Shown here: positions 55,465 through 64,000 of the stretch, piece after piece
Layout: each line of letters starts with the position of its first letter
Position numbering within the stretch: position 1 is the first letter of the stretch
Source: Tubiluchus corallicola
Lineage: Eukaryota > Animalia > Priapulida
Reading direction: 5' to 3'
NCBI GenBank assembly: GCA_030141605.1
Contig: JAQGDQ010000124.1
Location: forward strand, 510,490 to 574,489
DNA length: 64,000 nucleotides
Notes under the pieces: generated by a model
Told to the model about the DNA's origin: nothing
Database searches by the model: none
Seen by the model: the letters and a program-made list of their open reading frames with translations, nothing else
Program-made: the position numbers and the translations under genes

Positions 55465-57012
55465 CATGATGTTCATCCTTCGAATCGAAGATGACCATAG
55501 TGACAGGGATAAAGGGTCAGTTTGAAGGGTTATCATTCCTTTGATGAGCTTGAAGTTGACTGACTAGGCCAATTCTGGAAACTTCTTTGGCATTTGGCAC
55601 AGGTGAGGCTGGGTGTTTTGACCTGTGGTTGGGCAGTGTCACATGCCTTGCGTCTCCTGCGCTTCTCCTCTGCCTCCTCAATTCTTTTCGCCTCTGCTAT
55701 CTTAGCACCTGTGGTAATGGCACTCCGCCATGCTGAGCAATCTTGTGCAAGGGCTTCCATTGAGCGGATATGCTCCTTGAGTGAGGCCTTCAGGCTGTCT
55801 TTGAAGCGTTTCTTTGGTCGTCCAACCTTTCTCTTTCCAGACACAAGTTCTCCATAGAGCATCTTCTATGGTATGCGGTTGTCTGGCATGCGAATCAAAT
55901 GGCCTGCCCACCGAACTTGCGTTTTGAGGAGGAGTGTATGGATGCTGGGGAGGTCAGCTCTTTTAAGTACTCTGTGTCTGGCACCTTGTCCTGCCACTTG
56001 ATGAGCAAGATTTTCCTCAGACAGCCCATGTGAAAGTAGTTAAGCTGTTTTACGTGTCTCCTATATAATGTCCAGGATTCGCTGGCATAGCGGAGAGTAG
56101 TGATGATGACAGCTCTATACACCTTCAATTTTGTGCTGGTTCTGATGCCTCTCCTGTCCCATACGTTGGAGCGGAATCTTCCAGATGAAGTGCTAGCCTT
56201 GGCAATTCTGTTGTTGATTTCTGTATCGATGTTGGCAGCTCTGGTAACCCCAGTTGTATGTGAAGCTGTCAACAGAGATAAGTTCTTGACCATTCACTAA
56301 GATCTTTGGCTGAATCTGTGGGGCATCTGGGGCTGGTTAGTAAATAACTTCAGTTTTCTTTGTAGAGATTGTTAGGCCGCAGTTCTTGCAGGCTGATGCA
56401 AAGTGGTCCATCTCTTTTTGCATTTGTTCTTGGGAGGTGGCACTGAGAGTGCAGTCATCAGCAAAGAGAAAGTCTTTGAATGTGGTTACATGGGTCTTGG
56501 TGGTAGCTTGCAAGCGCCTGGAGTTGAAGAGGCTGCCATCTGTTCTGTATTTTATCTTAATGCCATCCTGGGTGTTTTCAAAAGCATCATGTAACATGGT
56601 AGAGAACATCATGCTGAAGAGTGTTGGAGCGAGTACACAGCTCTGGTTTACCCCATTTGTTACTTCAAAGGCTTCAGACCTTTCTCCATCATCTAGGTTT
56701 CTGACCATCATGCCTTCATAAAACTGCCGCACAATATCAATAAATTTCTTTGGGTATCCATATTTTTCCATGATCTCCCAGAGGCCATTCCTACTGACAG
56801 TATCAAAAGCTTTGGTGAGGTCTATGAATGTTGTGAAGAGGCTGACGTTCTGTTCCTGGTACTTCTCTTGAAGTTGTCTTGCAGCAAACATCATATCCAC
56901 CGTTCCTCTGCCTGCTCTAAAGCGACACTGGCTCTCTGGGAGAAGGTCTTTCTCCAGGTGCAACAACAGTCGATTTAGTAGGACACATGCCAGGATCTTA
57001 TCCCCTATGGAA
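55465..57012 (-). mobile_element. 5'-truncated RTE (BovB/RTE-1-like) LINE
   Basis: PESQC.FRAGRGTVDM, FIDLTKAFDTVSR, GVNQSCVLAPTLF, FLFADD, TKLKVYRAV, WQDKVP and LYGEL..GKR..GRPKKRFKD. 3' end GTCATCTTCGATTCGAAGGATGAACATCAT. Frameshifted. Confidence 0.95.
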
Positions 57013-57594
57013 ACATACAATGTAAGTAAATACATATTTTTTAATTATATTGTATTTTTATAATTCAGCAATTTCTTGTAATTTTGTCTAATTAATGCCA
57101 ACTCTTATTAATTTGATGACTAGCGAAGTTTATTTATAACTAGATATTGTGTTTAGTAAGATTTAAAACTACAAAATTAACTATGACAAAACAGACATAA
57201 TAATTATCAAAAATTATTATTCATATGAAAAAGTTTATTAGATTTGAGTAAATTTCATTATCTTAGCGTCATATTAATGGGTTTAATTTGTCGAACTGAC
57301 GTAATTATCCTCTTTGCATTTTTTAGTTAAGCACAAAATTGTAAAGTGACTTTTTTATTTTATAGACAACAGAAAAGTGAATTGGAATATGCTAGTCATT
57401 GATTCTAGTACTGTCATTTATAGTCTTCGCAATCAAGAAAACAGGGTCGTATACCTTATGCAAGCATAGTATGTGGACTAAATAAGTCAGGCTTTGATGT
57501 AGATTCAGCATTTTAGGAGGCTTACTTGTGTGCCGCTAGAAAAATCACAGCTGAGACCTGACTATTTATCAATTGAAAATCAAGTTCATTGCTG

Positions 57595-58280
57595 AGGTAT
57601 CACAAGATCAGTTCGGCAGCCTTACTGTGAAACAGCTGAAAGATAGTTGTAGACAAAAGGGTTAAAAGTCTCTGGAACTAAAATTAAACTAGTTTAAAGG
57701 GCCAGGCACAACCAGCTTCAGAAGTCCACGGTGAAAAGAGCGTGCTCATCCAATGCAGAAGTCTCACTTACAGATAGCACAAGTCAAGTCTCAACTTCCA
57801 GGTTAAATCATGTCAAATCAGGTCTAGGGTAAAATCAGCTTCTTTATCCCAAAAGTCAGACGTTTTGCAAAGTATTGTTAGAACTAGAGGAAAAGAAGAA
57901 AAACCTTTGCAGGCTGCATCAGTATTCGATGACGTGGAGCAGATTTTGAAGAAAACACGGCCATACTTGAAAAATAAGATGAAACAATTGGGTACTACTA
58001 GAAAACAATATCTTATATATCAGAAAATTAAAATTATGAAATAGCATATGATTATGAACATTCAGGTGCTGGCAGAAGCTTTTTCGATTAATTTCCGGCA
58101 GACAAGTTGGTGGTACCACCTAGTGTCAAAAATTGGATTGAAGAAAATTTCCGAGAAACTGAAACAAATGATCAGGCCTACGTCGCACCAGCCACTAGGG
58201 ATGAATATGCTGTGGGTGTCATTGTTCTAGAGAATTTCCTGAAAGTGGTTACTAACAAAATTGTGCTTACATAATGCAGT
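57595..58280 (+). pseudogene. Decayed ORF containing a SAP domain
   Basis: QDQFGSLTVKQLKDSCRQKG/LKVSGTKIKLV* fits the SAP consensus with one frameshift. Further broken coding-like stretches follow. Confidence 0.5.
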
Positions 58281-58505
58281 TTATGCTCAGAAAAAAATCA
58301 GTTACAAAATTTCAAGCAATTTAAGGGCAAAACAAACTAAGTCTGATTCGCAAAGAAGATTTAACTTTGTTTTAAGCGGTTGGGTCACGGAAACCACAAA
58401 GCTGTTTATTATCATTTTCGTGGATGCAAAAATCAAACTGTAAAAGGAAGCACTCAGGCTTTCTTCATGACAGAAAACCAGACCGCGGAAGAGTAACAAT
58501 TAGAA

Positions 58506-58893
58506 GCCAAGAATACAATGTGTTACATTTGATAGCAGCCAAGAAGACAATGTGTTACATTTGATAGCAGCCGAGAAGACAATGTGTTACATTTGATAGC
58601 AGCCAAGAAGACAATGTGTTACATTTGATAGCAGCCAAGAAGACAATGTGTTACATTTGATAGCAGCCAAGAAGACAATGTGTTTTTGTGGGAAGACAAT
58701 GTGTTACATTTGATAGCAGCCAAGAAGACAATGTGTTACATTTGATAGCAGCCGAGAAGACAATGTGTTACATTTGATAGCAGCCGAGAAGACAATGTGT
58801 TACATTTGATAGCAGCCAAGAAGACAATGTGTTACATTTGATAGCAGCCAAGAAGACAATGTGTTACATTTGATAGCAGCTAAGAAGACAATG
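58506..58893. repeat. 32-bp minisatellite, about 11 copies
   Basis: Unit acaatgtgttacatttgatagcagccaagaag. Confidence 0.95.
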
Positions 58894-60299
58894 TAGTTTT
58901 GCCTTTTGAGTTAAGGTCAGCAGTAGACATAGCGAAATAGTTGTATCAACTTATTGTATCAACCGATTTTCTGATCCAATTTTTAGAGAAGCACATACAC
59001 CCTTAAGTGGTCATACCTGGAAGATTTGCCACTCTTCACTCCGATAACCTGGAAGTTAGACAAAGCCGGCACATTCAGCACCCTATGCACCAAGATAGGC
59101 TTGGGTTGGACTTTAAGTGGACCCATATGGATGGGAATTATTCACACGTTGAATTCGTCAACCTCTCTCAGTAAAGCACTGACACCTTAATCAAATCGCT
59201 CCAGAGTTTGTCAATATAATGATAGTATTGAAGATTTGAAGCAAGTGTTACTACATTGCTCATTGCATGATCAAGAAAGAGAGAAGATAAATTGGCAAGA
59301 AAATACTGCAGAGGAGAAAATTAACTGGTTTTTATCTGGAGACAATCTTAATGATGCTAAAAACTTTCATTATGAAATAAGGAAAAAGATAATACGACAA
59401 ATATTCGTGTATAGTTTGACAGTGCTGGTTAATGTGATAGCCAATTGATAGCCTTTTTTGGCAACTTACTCTGAGATAAACGGGTCAAAAGCACTGAACC
59501 CGAATCTAAACCTGAAAATTAAGCAGTCAGAAGTGATGGTTACGGGCATGGACAATGTTGATCCAGACGCTGGTATGTGATGCTCTTACGACTACAACAG
59601 TAGATACTAATTCTACTCATATTTCTATGACTGGTGACGGAGGCAGTCCAAGTGATGGTCAGGGCTATTTGAGGGTTACAGTCTTGGAAATGAGGTAAAA
59701 CAATGAAAGTAATATGCACGGAAAGAATGTGCAGAATTTTGAACTAAGTAGCAAAAATACAGATGTGGCGACCTCCACATGAAACAAAAACTTAATAGGA
59801 TCTTAGCTTAGTGATGCAAAATTGGCTAAATCTTTTCTGCTGAACACAAAAATCGAAAATGCGGAAAAAACCGAAGCTGCAAACATGCAAAAAATAAAAA
59901 TATCAACAGAAACATTAACTGTGGATGATTCCTCAGCCACAAATCTAATGGTGTTTTCCTGTAATGGGATAGACCCAGGATATACCTGAATGAACTGACA
60001 ACTTTGTACAATGGCAATATCAATAGAAAAAATTGGAAAAGTTCATCACAAAATGTGAAGTCAATGACGTAAGATTACACATTCAGCAGAAACATGACCA
60101 GGCGCTCACCTCAATGCTCACCTCAAGTTTATAATAAGACTGTGCTGTGTTGGAAGCTGGACAGACAGGATATCGAGCGTCTAGGCAATTGACGTCACAT
60201 ATATTGGTGTATCGCTCCACCTCCGCTGTGATGTAAGCATACCCAGCGGGATTCAGGACAACACCAGATGCTGGATAACAATAATTTTTGCTGTCGAGG

Positions 60300-61429
60300 A
60301 CTACCTAATTAAAACTAAATGCTACAAACGGCAATGTTCTTTCCCAACAAGGCCGTTCAGGGAAATCGTCCTTACCTCTGTAGGTAATGAGCAGCTTGTG
60401 AAATATCGGAATTCGTGGAATGGAGAATTTTCAACTGGTGTTATTCTCCAGAGAGGGAAAAAGGCTGAGAAGCACAGGAGCCATTTTAAGAGATCGTACA
60501 GCGGACTTATTCCATTGAAGTATGCCAAATACAAGGACTTACAAACATTAAAGAAATTCTGTGGTGAAAATGCACAGCATTTTTATAATTCCTTGCCACA
60601 TCATCAACCAGCTGGACAAAAAGATGCTTCCCTGACCCAGGTGGATGATCCATCAGGATCTGATGAGAAGTCTGAAAGTGAATGATAGGCCTAACTAATA
60701 TGGAAGTCCCAAAAGATAATCGTTACTATAACGTTATAATGACTAACAGTGTTATAATGACTAAACTGATTCCGTGTCGCAAAATTCGCACTGGAATAAC
60801 TGGTATTGTTCTATTATTGACCATTTAACCTCTTGTAAGCTGTAGTAGTAATGAGTGTGACGTAAAATTAGGTTATTAACTAAAAAACAGTATTTTAACG
60901 GTATTAATTACTTAAATCACTACTACGCGATAGATTTTGAAGTGCGTTTGTCATAATCGAATTTTCTATATTATCAATATTGATGTTCTCACCTTCAACT
61001 TGACCGCTAAGAACATAAGCAAAATAGGTTATAAGCATAACCTAAAAATTAGGTCCAGTAGCAAGAGTAAAAGTATTTTTTTAAACGTACGACTTTCTGT
61101 ACACGTTCGCCATACTTACAGCGTGAAACTGCATCAGTACAATGTAAATAAGTGTAATTAGTGATTTTGGAATTTCTGTCAGTTCCATGCAGAAATGATC
61201 TATGTCCTGTTTACCCATTTTTTATCGGCTCATTTTATTATGCGAAACTCATAAAATGTAGCATCGAAATTAGACTTGGGAATGAAAGTTTAAATATCCA
61301 ATTTGAAACTGATAAATATTCTTCTATGTAATATTTATACCTCGGGTTTCTCGGGGTTTTGCAGTTTCAACATCAGTTTTCTCAAAATCCTTTAATTGTG
61401 ACTTAGATCGTTCTTCCCCTGTACTCTTC
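60300..61429 (+). mobile_element. 3' part of a DNA transposon (Sola1-like): transposase C-terminus plus putative right end
   Basis: IPLKYAKYKDLQTL...QHFYNSLP followed by an acidic tail. Putative terminus TGTGACTTAGATCGTTCTTCCCCTGTACTCTTC followed by AATT. Left end not seen. Confidence 0.45.
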
Positions 61430-62320
61430 AATTGTCAGTAAACTAAACAATATGACAGTCACAAATAATATCTAGCCAGCAAATAAACTGATTTCACTTT
61501 TTCATAAACACAAAAATTTGCAGAGCAGCAGCTATTTTTACACAAAATTAACACTTCAAGTAGGGAAAAATGACTTTTCAATGTAAACAAAATGTAGAGA
61601 CGAAGTTTCAAAGCACTACAAAATACAGAGACATAAGCATAATAAAGAAACTAAGCCAGTTAGCCTTGCTTTACAATAAATAAGCAACAAATATATTGTG
61701 TCGCTTGCCTTTGAACATACAAACATCATGCCTGCGATGTATTTTTTCTATATTAATTGATTATGTGCTCGTCTGCAAGATTTACTCAGTTTTTGCATTT
61801 TTCCATTCGTTAGGCTATGGAAATGGAATAATTTGATTGCTCTATTCCATCAGCAACCCTTACATTGAATGCCCGAATTACACAAGTCCCAATGGTATGC
61901 TTTAACAAGGATTATAACCAGAAAAATAGGGTGAAATTAACTAAGATTACATTGATGTATAATATAAGTTTTGACCATATTTGAATTAATTATGTAGATC
62001 TCATTTAGGTTTATAAAAACTGCCCAGAAAACAAATCATTTTGCTTGAAAAATTCTGAAAACTCTTTGCCTAAGTATGAGGTTACTACGGATGTGCTGGT
62101 TTACTCATAATCATGACAGTCATTACAGATTCCCACGCATGGGTTCAGGCCTGCGGTTAGGTCTCAGTGGACCAAGGCCATCTAGCTCATTTTCTACAAC
62201 ATGCGCAAATCTATTTAGAGAAGCAGGTTACCGTTCTATCATTTATACTTGCCAACTTGGGCTTCAACGATCTGAAGTTATAAATTTCTTCTCAGCTCTA
62301 ATAATAAATAATTTCTGTCT

Positions 62321-64000
62321 CAAGTAAGGTCTAATATGTTTAGTTTTACTTAAATTACTTGGTATATCATATGACTCATATTTACATCGTGGTAGTGACC
62401 ATTTATCGTTCCACCACGTCGTGCCATGATTAGAATGTTACACCTAAGTTAGTACATTGTATATTATGTAGAACAATAGACTTACTAACTTTTAGCGAGT
62501 ATTGCTGTTTTAACATCAGTTCCTTTCTCATTCGTAGTTAGACTTCAACTGCAAGTAGGCAATGCTGGATTAATTTTTTTGACAAATTTATTACGGTAAT
62601 TATTTAATCGATCTATTAGCTAATATCTTATTATTACAGTGGCCGCCGCTTATTGTGGACACCTCGGGCCAGCAGTGTATGTCCATATTAAGCGGCTGTC
62701 CATATTAAGCGAAGTGACCCATGAAGACCCTTCCCCTTCATGAAAAAAGGCAAAAAACTGTCTGTATCAACTCGTCTCCTGTTTTATTGAAAAAAAGAAG
62801 TCAGACGAGTTTGTTTGGCAGGAAACTTTTCTCTCAACCTTGAACGAAAGGAAGTTATCACAGTTTCGAAGCTCTCAAGGCCACGGCAAACGGCGAACTG
62901 ACTGATGCAATGACTCACACAGGCAGCAGAGCGGGAAGGTCTTTTCAATCACGTGCGCAGGCCGTGGTTGGCACGGCTGGTCACGTGCCAAGAATGCTCG
63001 CTGTGCATATTAAGCGGCGGTTGTCCATATTAACCGGCGGATTTTATTAGGGGAAAATTCCGTCCCTCGCGAGTTGTCCACAATAACCGGCTGTCCACAA
63101 TAACCGTGTCCATAATAAGCGGCGGCCACTGTACCTTTAATTAAGTTAGTTAGGTGGAACTCAAGTGCAGCCACCTCCTCGTGGTGAGTTCTGGGATGAT
63201 TTGGCATGAAACATGAATACTGTTGATAATGATGATGATGATATTGTTGGGCATAATGCATGCAAATGTAAAATTTTGGAATAATTATTTATCATAGTTA
63301 GGCAGTTGGTAGCTTGGGGCCAAAACCTCATGCCAAATCATGCGAAGAGCTGCACAGCCCACACGAGTTCACAGAAACGAAACTGAATGAAAATATTTTA
63401 AACTTTTACTAGGCTGATTAAGGCTGGGAAGAGAAACGGGGACCTTGGTCAAGCTCCTTACTTACAAAGAATAGGCAAGTAAGGTCTAATAAGTTTAGTT
63501 TTACTTAAATTACTTTCTATATCATATGACTCATATTTACATCGTGGTAGTGACCATTTATCGTTCCACCATGTCGTGCCATGATTAGATTGTTGCACCT
63601 AATTTAACGCAATGTATACTTTATCTAAATATGTTTACATTTACCTACATCTACTATATCTTATCACTCATATTCATATCATGGTAGTGACCATTTATCG
63701 TTCCACCACGTCGTGCCATGATTAGAATGTTACACCTAAGTTAGTACATTGTATATTATGTAGAACAATAGACTTACTAACTTTTAGCGAGTATTTCTCT
63801 TTTAACATCAGTTCCTTTCTCCTTTCGTAGTTAGACTTCAACTGCAAGTAGGCAATGCTGGATTAATTTTTTTGACAAATTTATTACGGTAATTATTTAA
63901 GCGATCTATTACGTAATATCTTATTATTACCTTTAATTAAGTTAGTTAGATGGAACTCAAGTGCAGCCACCTCCTCGTGGTGAGTTCTGGGATGATTTGG
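62321..64000. repeat. Local tandem duplication (62321-63205 versus 63477-64000, with an internal partial repeat)
   Basis: caagtaaggtctaat...gtggtagtgaccatttatcgttccacc...ggaactcaagtgcagcc is repeated. Confidence 0.9.
62637..63131. mobile_element. Tc1/mariner (pogo-like) MITE, 495 bp
   Basis: TIR CAGTGGCCGCCGCTTATTGTGGACAC / GTGTCCATAATAAGCGGCGGCCACTG with a TA TSD. The empty site is visible in the duplicate near 63928. Confidence 0.95.

Larger units (their letters stand above)
48814..57230. repeat. Four tandem segmental units (about 1479, 1479, 2167 and 3290 bp)
   Basis: The marker GTAAA(A/C)AACAG, flanked by tttcag and gtaagt, starts at 48826, 50305, 51784 and 53951. Units differ mainly by deletions in and around an RTE. 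Confidence 0.95.

Overview
AT-rich animal (invertebrate, probably protostome) genomic DNA, not prokaryotic. It has two protein-coding genes on +: the large final exon of a rhodopsin-class neuropeptide GPCR resembling the trissin receptor (1800-2971), and a complete 7-coding-exon thiamine pyrophosphokinase TPK1 (15046-20877, 257 aa after splicing). I found no intact gene in the remaining ~43 kb. That stretch holds LINE remnants (CR1/L2-like, Rex1/Babar-like, RTE), tRNA-derived SINEs, hAT and Tc1/mariner MITEs with visible target-site duplications (TSDs), and minisatellites. The main unexplained signal is a co-oriented array of eight diverged paralogous modules at 26.5-43.3 kb. Most have a CRE-like TGACGTCA motif, an RFX X-box-like TAGCAAC, and a short exon-like stretch ending in a splice donor. 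Four tandem 1.5-3.3 kb units follow (48.8-57.2 kb), each with a putative 11-nt micro-exon, a 137-nt exon and an antisense RTE fragment. This could be a multi-promoter, alternative-first-exon locus, possibly germline or cilia-related and possibly a lncRNA or piRNA precursor. That interpretation is inference and needs transcript data.
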